Origin: Promethearchaeota archaeon
GTDB lineage: Archaea; Asgardarchaeota; Lokiarchaeia; Sigyniarchaeales; SOKP01
NCBI GenBank assembly: GCA_048938895.1
Contig: JBHLLU010000008.1
Span: forward strand, 39,470-103,469
Length of the DNA stretch: 64,000 nt
Direction: 5' to 3'
Positions 49,661-58,871 of this stretch are shown piece by piece. Both the position numbers and the translations under genes were made by a program. The notes beneath the pieces are model-generated. The model saw only the letters and a list, made by a program, of their open reading frames with translations, searched no databases and was not told the DNA's origin. The first letter of the stretch is position 1. The number at the start of each line of letters is the position of its first letter.

Positions 49661-50314
49661 TTAACTTTGTAGCTCCTTTCGTAATTTTTCAATCTCATCT
49701 TGAAGTTTTTCTTTTGATTTAGCTTCAACTTCTTCTTCAAATTCATCCCCATATTCTGGGATATATTGTAGGTCATCTGAGGGAATTTCTGGCATAGCTC
49801 CTCCTTGTTCAAGCAACATTTCTGTCTCAAGTTGATTTAATTCCTCAGTTACATCAATTGCCAAATCAATTTCTGGGTCACCTGCTAAAATGTCGGCAGC
49901 CTCTTCAATTTCTGCTACATATGCTTCTGAATCCTCTGCGATTTCTGCAACCTTAGCAGGAGAGGCTTTGGTGGCTATATATTCTAATTCATCCCGTATT
50001 CCGCTAAAAATATCTCCCGTTGCTGAGATCAATTGTCCCTCTTCAATTGCTTGAATTTGTCTTTCTATTTTAGCTCTAATATTATTTGATCTATCTACTT
50101 TGGCATTATACGATTTATATTGAATTAGATAATTTTTTGCTCTATCTTTTTCGCCACGTTTTAAAGCAATCTTAGCGTTTTTTCGACTTATATCAGCACG
50201 TTTAGCATAATTCTTATTTATTACATTTAATCTGTGTATATGGCCCTTGGCCTTGGAAATCAAATCATCTTTTTCTTTACCCTTCCGTGGAAATAGCTTC
50301 TTTTTCAAGCCCAT
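49661..50314 (-). CDS. ESCRT-III subunit, Snf7 (Vps20/32/60-like) family
   Basis: Basic N-half (AKIALKRGEKDRAKNYL..K) and acidic C-half; EELNQLE helix, MPEIPS MIM2-like motif, terminal amphipathic helix. Confidence 0.88.
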   Translation of the reverse strand: MGLKKKLFPRKGKEKDDLISKAKGHIHRLNVINKNYAKRADISRKNAKIALKRGEKDRAKNYLIQYKSYNAKVDRSNNIRAKIERQIQAIEEGQLISATGDIFSGIRDELEYIATKASPAKVAEIAEDSEAYVAEIEEAADILAGDPEIDLAIDVTEELNQLETEMLLEQGGAMPEIPSDDLQYIPEYGDEFEEEVEAKSKEKLQDEIEKLRKELQS

Positions 50315-50470
50315 TTTAATTCTACTCTGTTTAGTGGTTATTATAATATTTATCTATATTAAGAATAATATGAACTATTAACTTAAAAATTTAATAATAT
50401 ACTAGTACATTATAATAAAATAATTTCTATAAAAAAACTTTCATAGTCCAAAGGCTAAGAATTTAATATT

Positions 50471-51586
50471 ATGAAAAGGATAATCTTAAATTTCGAAGAA
50501 AAACAAGACAATTTTAAAGAGTTAGTTCAAGAAGCTTTCAATAAGGACTTTCTGAATTTTTTAATCTCAAAAGAGTCATATTCTGAATTTGCAAAAATTG
50601 AAAGACTTAATCTCTATTCTAGAGATTTTAACCTCCTCTCCAATCATTTTATTGCAGAGAATCAAGAACAACTAAATAAAATGCAAAAGGATAGAGATAT
50701 TTTAAAATCAGATATTGGGTTTTATAAAGAATTGAAAACAAAGGATGATGAGCAGGAGATCATCAACTTTTCAAGGAGTAATCAAGTTGAATTCATCATT
50801 GTAAAGACTAGGGACTGGAAAATCATCCCCTTTGAAAACTTAATTGCAGAAATGCATAATAATGATACAGAATTAATAGCAGAAGTTATCACAACCAAAG
50901 AAGCTGAACTTATGATGAAAACATTAGAAATTGGAGTAGATGGAATTTTGTTTAAACCCAAAACTGCTAACGATATTATTGAACTAAAGAATCTAATAAC
51001 TGCTACAATTTTTATTGAACTTACTAAAGCAAAGGTTATTCATATTGAGACTATTAGTGAAGCTGAAAGAGTATGTGTAGATACAACATCTCTTCTTAAA
51101 ATTGGGGAAGGTTTATTAGTAGGATCAACCGCTGGTGGATTTACATTGATACACTCTGAAACTTTTGAGACTCAATTTGTAGCATCGAGACCATTTAGAG
51201 TAAATGCTGGTGATGTTTCTGCCTATGTTTTAGTACCTGATGAAGATCCTAAGAAACTCTATCGCACTAAATATCTCAGTGAATTGAAAGGAGGAGATAA
51301 AGTTTTAGCAGTAAATACTAAAGGTGAAGCAAGAGTTGTAACTGTAGGAAGAGTCAAAATTGAAACACGCCCTATGTTAAGGTTTGAATTGGAAGCATTT
51401 ATGACAAATAAAAAAATTCCACTAAGCTGTATTTGTCAGAATGCTGAGACTATACGCTTAGTAGGAGCTGATGGAAATGCCATTTCAGTAGTAGATATTA
51501 AGATTGGTGATGAGATTCTGGTTCATCTTGGTCCAGGAGCAACTCATTTTGGAACCCCAATTAAAGAAACTATAATCGAAAAATAG
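50471..51586 (+). CDS. aroB': 3-dehydroquinate synthase II
   Basis: DWKIIPFENLIA, RVCVDT, GEGLLVGS, RPFRVNAG, YLSEL, VGRVKIE.RP, QNAETIRL, HFG..I.E.I.EK. Confidence 0.95.
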   Translation: MKRIILNFEEKQDNFKELVQEAFNKDFLNFLISKESYSEFAKIERLNLYSRDFNLLSNHFIAENQEQLNKMQKDRDILKSDIGFYKELKTKDDEQEIINFSRSNQVEFIIVKTRDWKIIPFENLIAEMHNNDTELIAEVITTKEAELMMKTLEIGVDGILFKPKTANDIIELKNLITATIFIELTKAKVIHIETISEAERVCVDTTSLLKIGEGLLVGSTAGGFTLIHSETFETQFVASRPFRVNAGDVSAYVLVPDEDPKKLYRTKYLSELKGGDKVLAVNTKGEARVVTVGRVKIETRPMLRFELEAFMTNKKIPLSCICQNAETIRLVGADGNAISVVDIKIGDEILVHLGPGATHFGTPIKETIIEK

Positions 51587-51688
51587 TATTGCAAAAGCCA
51601 TTTAGAAAATGATAACAAATTGTACATAGTTTTAAAAATACTATCTTTATTCAATTATTATATAGGAAATTAATGTGAACTAAGACGT

Positions 51689-52945
51689 ATGACGACTTTT
51701 TGGGCTCCTTTACTGCATGCTTACCAGCCACCAACTCAAGAACCCAATATTCTTAAAAAGATTGATAAGGAAAGTTACAAACCTATTTTTAATTTATTAG
51801 AAGAGTTCGATGATGTAAAATTTTGTCTAAATATTAATGGTGTTCTTGTAGATCTCTTATATGAATGTGGCTTATCAGACACTATGGATTTAATCAAGAA
51901 TCTCGTTGCAGAATGTAAAATTGAGATTGTAGGCACTGCTAAATACCATCCGATACTACCTTTAATTCCTAATAAAGAAGTTCAATATCAAATTCAGTTA
52001 AATGAAGAAATTAATCGAAGAGAATTTGGTCGATGGGAAAGAAAGGGATTTTTCCCACCAGAAATGGCTATATCTGGAAGTGTTGCGAAATATATTAGCC
52101 AATTAGGATACAAATGGGTGATTATGAGTGGCATTGCCTGTCCTGAGGATTGGGCTTATGATAAAATTTATACCTCTCCTAATGGACTTCAATTATTCTT
52201 TAGAGATGACATTCTCAGCAATAAGATTGCCTTTAAGAGTATAAATCCCAGGAAATTTGTTAAAGATTTAGGAAAAATGTATAAAAATAATATGGGGGAT
52301 TTAGATAATAATACTTATATTATAAATGCTTTAGATTTAGAGACTTTTGGTCATCACATTAAAAATTATGAGAAAACTTTTTTGAAAAAGGTATTAGAGC
52401 TGATTCATAACGAAGAGAAAATTCAATTGGTTTTTATTTCTGAATTAGATCAATACTTTCCATTAAGTAAAAAAAAAATAATACCAATTGAATCAAGCTG
52501 GAGTACAACATATGAAGATCTTCAGGCAGGAATTCCTTACCCCTTATGGAACCATCCAGACAACAATATTCATAGGTACTACTGGAAACTTATGAAAAGT
52601 CTTAACAATCTAATGGATTTAGCTGACAATTTAGATATAAAAAAAGATTGGGTGGTTGAGAATTACTATAACACCGCTAGATACTTTTATAATCGGGGGA
52701 TCTATTCTTGCCCTACTTGGTGGTCTAATCCTCAAAATGGTACTTGGAGTCCAAACCTTATTTATAAGGGGATAGAATTGCTTATAAGTGCTGCTCTTAA
52801 TGCCCAAATGGCACTAGTATATAGTGGGATATCCGATAAAAGTGATGGGTATTATGATTCAATATCACTGTATCATAGTTTGTTATTAATGGAATTGTCA
52901 AATGTAACGAAGAAAAACATTAAAAAGCAGGAAAAGGACAAATAA
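51689..52945 (+). CDS. Glycoside hydrolase family 57
   Basis: HAYQP, YHPILPL, FFPPEMA (nucleophile), FFRD..LSN.I.F, DLETFGHH (acid/base), SSWS. Confidence 0.92.
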   Translation: MTTFWAPLLHAYQPPTQEPNILKKIDKESYKPIFNLLEEFDDVKFCLNINGVLVDLLYECGLSDTMDLIKNLVAECKIEIVGTAKYHPILPLIPNKEVQYQIQLNEEINRREFGRWERKGFFPPEMAISGSVAKYISQLGYKWVIMSGIACPEDWAYDKIYTSPNGLQLFFRDDILSNKIAFKSINPRKFVKDLGKMYKNNMGDLDNNTYIINALDLETFGHHIKNYEKTFLKKVLELIHNEEKIQLVFISELDQYFPLSKKKIIPIESSWSTTYEDLQAGIPYPLWNHPDNNIHRYYWKLMKSLNNLMDLADNLDIKKDWVVENYYNTARYFYNRGIYSCPTWWSNPQNGTWSPNLIYKGIELLISAALNAQMALVYSGISDKSDGYYDSISLYHSLLLMELSNVTKKNIKKQEKDK

Positions 52946-52947
52946 AT

Positions 52948-53333
52948 TTAATTTTCAGCTAAAACTAGATTTTCTAAAATTTCATTCCACTGAATTAATT
53001 GCTGTACAAACCATGTAACAGAATTAGATTCTCCCTTTTCGTTTTTAAACGTGATTTTTAAAAGTGGTCTTAAGATCGATTTATGTATATGAGATTTTGG
53101 ATTATTTATATCAGTAATAGATTCAACTGGGATCAAGATATTTTTCTTAGGTCTCCACATACAAAAAAACAATACTTCTTTTGTGAGTAACAATACTCCA
53201 TTTCCACATATTCTTCCTAAGCCCAAGATTCCTGGCCAAAAAAGTTACTTTTGTCATCAAAAATTAGAACATTTTCTTTCTTGTATTTATCGTGTATCTC
53301 CTTTATCTTTTGTTTAAATAATTTTTCAATCAT
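52948..53333 (-). pseudogene. PH/GRAM-like small protein interrupted by a 1-nt frameshift near 53227
   Basis: ATG 53333 gives MIEKLFKQ..SNFFGQES, then the frame shifts to LGLGRICGNGVLLLTKEVLFF..W; one missing T restores a continuous gene. Confidence 0.65.
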
Positions 53334-53384
53334 TATAATTCCTTAAGATTTAATTCTTATTATTTATTCTTTCTTACTCTACCC

Positions 53385-53708
53385 CTACAATGTTAAATCT
53401 TCTCCTTTTCTACCTGAAGATTTCCACAAAATATTTCATTCTTTGCTAGTATGAGGATATTTCCACCATTCTGTTTGGTAATTTGCTCGTTTCTTTAAAC
53501 ATTTTATCCAATTATATTTCTATCTTTGACAAATAAAACGAACAGTTGATATAATTTGTGCTTATATAGGAAAATCTTTCATTTGCCAGATTCGAGGATG
53601 ATATTGAGTAATTGGAAAAAAATTAGTTTTTAAATTAAAACTGGATATCGGAACACGATCATGATTATCAAAATGAAAAGCTCTTCTAACTCTCTCTTTA
53701 CTATTCAT
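53385..53708 (-). pseudogene. N-terminal remnant of a uroporphyrinogen decarboxylase-like (MtaA/CmuA-type) protein
   Basis: MNSKERVRRAFHFDNHDRVP family-typical start; in-frame TAA, TAG and TGA; KE*NILW resembles DEWG..W. Confidence 0.7.
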
Positions 53709-53853
53709 AAAAATTCAATTGAATCTACTTATTAATTAAAATTCAAATTATAAACATAAATTATTTAATACCTAGTTTATATATTAAACCAAATATAAGT
53801 TTAAAAAAGAAGTTAAGTCATTGACTGAGTCTTCTAATTATTAATCCATTTGA

Positions 53854-54936
53854 TTGATTATGTCTCAAGATAATAAGAGAAAAATCCAATACTGCGTATA
53901 CTGTGGAGGAGATGTCGGAAAAAGCAAAACTTATTGTCCACATTGCGGTAAATTAATCGTAAAACTAAAACCTGAAGATGAGGATGGAAAACAGCGCATA
54001 ATTCACAAACCTGTTTCCATAAAAAAGGCAGATTTTTCTCGTAAATGTCCCGGTTGTGGTTCGATTATTACATCAACAGTTTTAGATCAATGTCCAATAT
54101 GTAATACTGTATTAGAAAAAATTTCTGACGCTAAGAAAGAAGCAATACAGAAAAAACCGGCATTAATCTTTACAGATAAAAAATTAGAACCTGAACAAAA
54201 ATTTATCTTAAACAGAGATAAATGGAACTTGAGGGAAGGGTTAAATGTTTTTAGTACATGCATATACATATATATAATTTCCTTCTTTCTAATTTATTTC
54301 CTATTAATTTTCCAAGGTGGGGGTGATTCTATTGAACAATCAATTCAAATGTTTATAGTAAGTCAAATTCCCGAAGTACTAATACTATTTTACCCAATAT
54401 ATTATATCGTCTCAAAAAAGCATAACTTTACCAAATTAGGATTTATAAAAGACTCTAAAAAAATTATAATAGGCATTATTATTGGTCTGATAGGAGCGTT
54501 TTCTTTGATATTACTGAACCTTCTTTACAATTCACTAATAAGTACTCTAGCCAAAGCAGGATTAGATGTTTTTGATATGGAAGCAGATATAATTTTACAG
54601 AACCAGATAATACGAGATGCAGGTATAATATGGGTTATTTTACTCGTCGTTTTAATTGCCCTAGGTGCGATTTCTATAGAAATTGCATATAGGGGCGTTT
54701 TACATAATGCCCTAAAACAGAGGTTTCGAAATGAAATTATACCCATTATTTTAGTTGCTTTAATCTATTCAGTTTTTATGGTGTTGCTTTATCCAAATCC
54801 TACTTATTTCCTTTTGAATTTCTTGGGATTCGTAATATTAGGAATCCTTTGGGAAATTTCTGGGGGTAACATTTATACAACCATGGTTACGAGTGTTCTC
54901 TATAACATTCTCTTGATTGTATTAATCTTTTTTTAA
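53854..54936 (+). CDS. Double zinc-ribbon + degenerate CPBP (CAAX/Abi) membrane domain
   Basis: CVYC/CPHC and CPGC/CPIC; about 8 TM; motifs read IEIAYRG, IYSVFM, TSVLYN instead of EExxxR, FxxxH, HxxxN. Confidence 0.8.
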   Translation: MIMSQDNKRKIQYCVYCGGDVGKSKTYCPHCGKLIVKLKPEDEDGKQRIIHKPVSIKKADFSRKCPGCGSIITSTVLDQCPICNTVLEKISDAKKEAIQKKPALIFTDKKLEPEQKFILNRDKWNLREGLNVFSTCIYIYIISFFLIYFLLIFQGGGDSIEQSIQMFIVSQIPEVLILFYPIYYIVSKKHNFTKLGFIKDSKKIIIGIIIGLIGAFSLILLNLLYNSLISTLAKAGLDVFDMEADIILQNQIIRDAGIIWVILLVVLIALGAISIEIAYRGVLHNALKQRFRNEIIPIILVALIYSVFMVLLYPNPTYFLLNFLGFVILGILWEISGGNIYTTMVTSVLYNILLIVLIFF

Positions 54937-55048
54937 TCTAAAACTATCATTTCCCCCTCAATATATTTCTATATAAAATTTTAAAAATAAGAAAAATCAA
55001 TAATCTCTAGAATATATTTTATTAATTCATCTTTTTTTCACGAGATAA

Positions 55049-55783
55049 TTGCTTTTAGAAGGAGTAGAAAGATTGATTAAAACCTATTATAGAAATAAGG
55101 GCTCAAAGGATAACATAGTCATTTCGCTTGCGGGTGTTCATGGCGTAGGAAAAACGACTGTTTTCAATCTTCTCAAAAAAACCTTAATGGATAATAATAA
55201 ATTTAAATTTTTTCCTGAAAGATATGTAAAAAAACCACCTTTTCCATTTGGATCATCTGATAAACAGATTGGATTTCGAAGTGAAATTCACTTTCTTCAG
55301 CAGCTTATTAAAAGAAATCAGAGCATTGTGAATTTTGATAATAGATACAATGGAAGAATTATTATATTAGACAGAACTCCGTTATGTGTATTAATTTATT
55401 CTAAAAGTTTAAATTTGAAAGAGAAAGATTTTAACCTAATCTTGGATACCTATAATTCTATTAAGTGGAAAGAAGATTACATTATCCATTTAACTGCTAA
55501 ACCGGAAATTATCCTAAAAAGGATAATACAAAGAGGTTCACTCGATAAAATTAGAAAGGAGTGGAATGAGGATGACAAAAGTTACTTGTTAACCATCATC
55601 TCCTATTATAAACAATTCTTCTCAACTAAAACCAATATATTCCAAATAAATACAAATGATAAATATCCTGAAGAAGTAGTAATGGAAATTAAGAATATTA
55701 TTACAAATTTATCAGATTATACTTTTGAAAAGATAGAACAATATTCTACTACTCAAATGAATCTAGATAAGTTCTTAGAATAA
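55049..55783 (+). CDS. Deoxynucleoside/thymidylate kinase-like P-loop protein
   Basis: GVHGVGKTT, ILDRT, IHLTA.PE.I.KRI..RG. Confidence 0.8.
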   Translation: MLLEGVERLIKTYYRNKGSKDNIVISLAGVHGVGKTTVFNLLKKTLMDNNKFKFFPERYVKKPPFPFGSSDKQIGFRSEIHFLQQLIKRNQSIVNFDNRYNGRIIILDRTPLCVLIYSKSLNLKEKDFNLILDTYNSIKWKEDYIIHLTAKPEIILKRIIQRGSLDKIRKEWNEDDKSYLLTIISYYKQFFSTKTNIFQINTNDKYPEEVVMEIKNIITNLSDYTFEKIEQYSTTQMNLDKFLE

Positions 55784-55874
55784 GAAAAAATATATTAAAA
55801 CAGTCTTTCTATTTATTATTAAATCTCAACTTATAATCTTAATCAGATCAAATAATTGTATAGAGGATTAAAAA

Positions 55875-56876
55875 ATGTCAATGATCACAAATGATATTAG
55901 ACAAAAGATAATGTATGTACTAAAAGATGAAGAAAATAAAACTGATTTAGAAAATTTAGCCGTATTATCAAGAGTTGGGATGAAAGAAGCAACTGCTTAT
56001 TCTTCAGAAGTAGATGCTGATGCAACCTCGGCTTCGAGTACAGCTTTGATTGATTTAGGATTGAGATTAAATCAAGCAACTGATCATGGGGCTTTAACTG
56101 AAATTGTCTTACATAATTCTTCCGGTTATAGTATTTTAATGGCAATAAATGACGAATATATTGTATTTAGTGGATTGAGAGCTGTTGTCCGGATAGGATT
56201 TTATTTAGGATATTTGAGAGAATTAGCAAGAAAGCTCAATAAATTAATTTCAGGAGATGAGGAAACTGAAATGATGCTCTCACTTGAAACTTCAGAAAAG
56301 GAGAAAATAGAAACCCAAAGAATTGAAGAAGAAACTTCAGTGATAAAAAAACCCTCAGTTGAGGAGGATAAAGCTGCTTTAGATGATCTATTAGGATTTT
56401 TAGATGATTGGGAATCTCAGGGAGAAGCATTTGAGGATATTGAACCAGAAGCAGAAAGTAATATTGTTTCAATACCTAAATCAATAGGGCTTAGTTTTGA
56501 ACATGAAGTAAAGGAAACTCCAAAAATTGCATCCCCTCCATCAAGTGAAAGTCCTTCTACTACAGCTTCTTCACAATTCAAAGTATATGATGATGAAGTT
56601 CCTCCCGTCGCTTTAGAAGACTATACTCCAATGGAAATAGAAGAAAAAACTCCTTCTGATCAAAGTGCATCAGCCAAAAAGGCGAAGGTTTATGAGGAAT
56701 CCGCACCTGTAGAAGATTTTCCCTCTGAATTACCTTCATTGGAAGAATTAGCACCCCCTGATTTTGATGTTGAATCATCTGCTTCTGAATATGATACGGA
56801 GTTTGTTTTAGAAGAAGAATCCGAAACATTAGGCTCTGTATTGAAAGAACTCGGATGGGATGAAGAAGATGATTAA
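55875..56876 (+). CDS. Roadblock/LC7-domain protein with long acidic disordered tail
   Basis: N-terminal ~125 aa with roadblock pattern (AVLSRVG..A, HGALTEIVL...GYSILMAI); ~200-aa E/D/S/P-rich tail. Confidence 0.82.
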   Translation: MSMITNDIRQKIMYVLKDEENKTDLENLAVLSRVGMKEATAYSSEVDADATSASSTALIDLGLRLNQATDHGALTEIVLHNSSGYSILMAINDEYIVFSGLRAVVRIGFYLGYLRELARKLNKLISGDEETEMMLSLETSEKEKIETQRIEEETSVIKKPSVEEDKAALDDLLGFLDDWESQGEAFEDIEPEAESNIVSIPKSIGLSFEHEVKETPKIASPPSSESPSTTASSQFKVYDDEVPPVALEDYTPMEIEEKTPSDQSASAKKAKVYEESAPVEDFPSELPSLEELAPPDFDVESSASEYDTEFVLEEESETLGSVLKELGWDEEDD

Positions 56877-56970
56877 ATATAGAATGTATTAATTATATAT
56901 CAAATCACTAAAATACTGAATTTTAAAATAAAAATGAGGAAGAAGTAAAAAGATCAGTTTAAAGACTTAC

Positions 56971-57204
56971 TTAATATCTTCTGTCCTTCGAAACTATTTT
57001 CACCTTTAAAGCTTCTGGACCTTTCCCATCTTTTGATTCCGTGATTTCAAATTCTACTTCATCACCTTGATCCAACTTCCGAAACCCGTCCATTTGAACA
57101 TTCGAAAAATGAACGAAGATATCTTCTTGATCATCAACAGATATAAATCCATAGCCTTTTTTGGCATCAAACCATTTAACATGACCTGATATTCTTTCAG
57201 ACAT
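56971..57204 (-). CDS. csp: Cold-shock domain protein
   Basis: G.VKWF..KKGYGFI (RNP1), DIFVHFS (RNP2), GFRKL..G..VEF, KGPEA..V. Confidence 0.96.
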   Translation of the reverse strand: MSERISGHVKWFDAKKGYGFISVDDQEDIFVHFSNVQMDGFRKLDQGDEVEFEITESKDGKGPEALKVKIVSKDRRY

Positions 57205-57394
57205 AAAACTTACTCCATTTTGGTTGAAGTTGATATATATTGAAAAAACTTGTTGGCTTTAGTTCTCTATCTCATCTGTAATGTGAAATAAAATTATATA
57301 GGAAAATAAATTTTGCTTTTAAAATTTTTTTAAACAACCATTGAGATAAAATCAATAAAATACTAAATCAATAATTTACTTATTTTAAGTATAT

Positions 57395-58753
57395 ATGATT
57401 TTTGACAAAATATTACAAATCTACCAGAAGTATTATATTTGTATTCCTTGCTTAGGAAGGATGTTCTCTTTGCTTGCTTCACAAACAACTAATCAAACGA
57501 GAGGTGAATCTTTATTACTCTCACTCACTATGGAAAATCATAAGAAATATTTGTCAAATAATATTCAAGACCAAAAAACATCAATTAAAAATTTAAAAGT
57601 ATTAGCAGAATATGCAAGGTTTTCTCCTGCCCAATATGTCTTAAAAAACGAAGGAATTAAATTTAAAACAGATTATTGGGATCAACCTTGCCATTTATGT
57701 AATAATATTTTCCTAGAAATTGAGAAATTTGTAAACAAGGGAATTTCCTTAGTAGAAGGAATTGAATTTAATAATTTCCTCGTGGGAACAACACCAGATT
57801 CTCAGATAATAAATCAAGAGGATAAATTCAAAGCTGAATTCACATTATTAGAAGCAGAATCTTTTAAAAGTCATTTCAATCGTGTTGTGGGTAAATTTTT
57901 GACAGATGCGCTTAATACACCTCCAGAATTCGTAAATCCAGATTTGTTAATAATATATCATATAGATTATAACTCCTTTGATATCAAATTAAAATCAAAG
58001 TCACTATTTATTTACGGAAGGTACAAGAAACTAATTCGAGGAATACCCCAAACTCATTGGTTCTGTAAAAGTTGTATGGGAAAAGGTTGCGACTTATGTA
58101 ATTATACGGGAAAGCAGTATTTAACAAGTGTAGAAGAATTAATTAACCCTGCGTTTATCAAAGAATCAGGAGCAATTGATTCTAAATTTCATGGTGCAGG
58201 AAGAGAAGACATTGACGTGAGAATGTTAGGTGAAGGAAGACCATTCATTATAGAATTAAGAAACCCAAAGATACGTAAATTAGATTTAGAGAAGATCAAA
58301 AGAAAAACAAATCAAAAGAATAAGAAAAAAGTGAAGATTCAAGAGTTAAGATATAGCACAAAAAAAGAAGTAATTAAACTTAAATCTGGAGCAAAAAACA
58401 CTAAAAAGGTCTATAAATCATTAGTAAAATCCACTGAAAAGTTATCCAAAGAGAAATTTAAAGAAAAATTAATTGAATTGAAATCAATTTTTGAGAACCA
58501 AGAGATACAACAAAGAACTCCTAACAGGGTTTCTCACCGTCGTGCTGATAAAATAAGAGGAAAACAAGTGTATAAAATAGATGGAAAATTTGTTAAATCT
58601 AATTTATTCGAATTTGTAATCCAAACACAGGGAGGAACCTATATAAAAGAATTAATTAGCGGTGATAATGGGAGAACATCTCCCTCTTTTTCAGAAGTTT
58701 TTAATATATCGTTAGTTTGTGAAGAGTTAGATGTATTAGAAATCTCAATATAA
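57395..58753 (+). CDS. pus10: tRNA pseudouridine(54/55) synthase Pus10
   Basis: C..CLGR, GRY.KL.RGIPQT.W, FHGAGREDIDVRMLG.GRPF, QRTP.RV.HRR, GGTYIKEL. Confidence 0.96.
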   Translation: MIFDKILQIYQKYYICIPCLGRMFSLLASQTTNQTRGESLLLSLTMENHKKYLSNNIQDQKTSIKNLKVLAEYARFSPAQYVLKNEGIKFKTDYWDQPCHLCNNIFLEIEKFVNKGISLVEGIEFNNFLVGTTPDSQIINQEDKFKAEFTLLEAESFKSHFNRVVGKFLTDALNTPPEFVNPDLLIIYHIDYNSFDIKLKSKSLFIYGRYKKLIRGIPQTHWFCKSCMGKGCDLCNYTGKQYLTSVEELINPAFIKESGAIDSKFHGAGREDIDVRMLGEGRPFIIELRNPKIRKLDLEKIKRKTNQKNKKKVKIQELRYSTKKEVIKLKSGAKNTKKVYKSLVKSTEKLSKEKFKEKLIELKSIFENQEIQQRTPNRVSHRRADKIRGKQVYKIDGKFVKSNLFEFVIQTQGGTYIKELISGDNGRTSPSFSEVFNISLVCEELDVLEISI

Positions 58754-58871
58754 GCTTTATAGAAATCATACGTTTAGTAAAAATCAAAAAATAAATAAGC
58801 AATTATTCATAAATTTACTAAATAAATTGATTTATATTTATAATACCAATTAAAAATACGAGCTGGTTGAT

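Noticed and set aside
53385-53708. Selenocysteine or pyrrolysine readthrough in the URO-D-like remnant
   Set aside because: TAA, TAG and TGA all occur, the TGA aligns to a Trp position, and the gene is truncated, so this is decay rather than recoding
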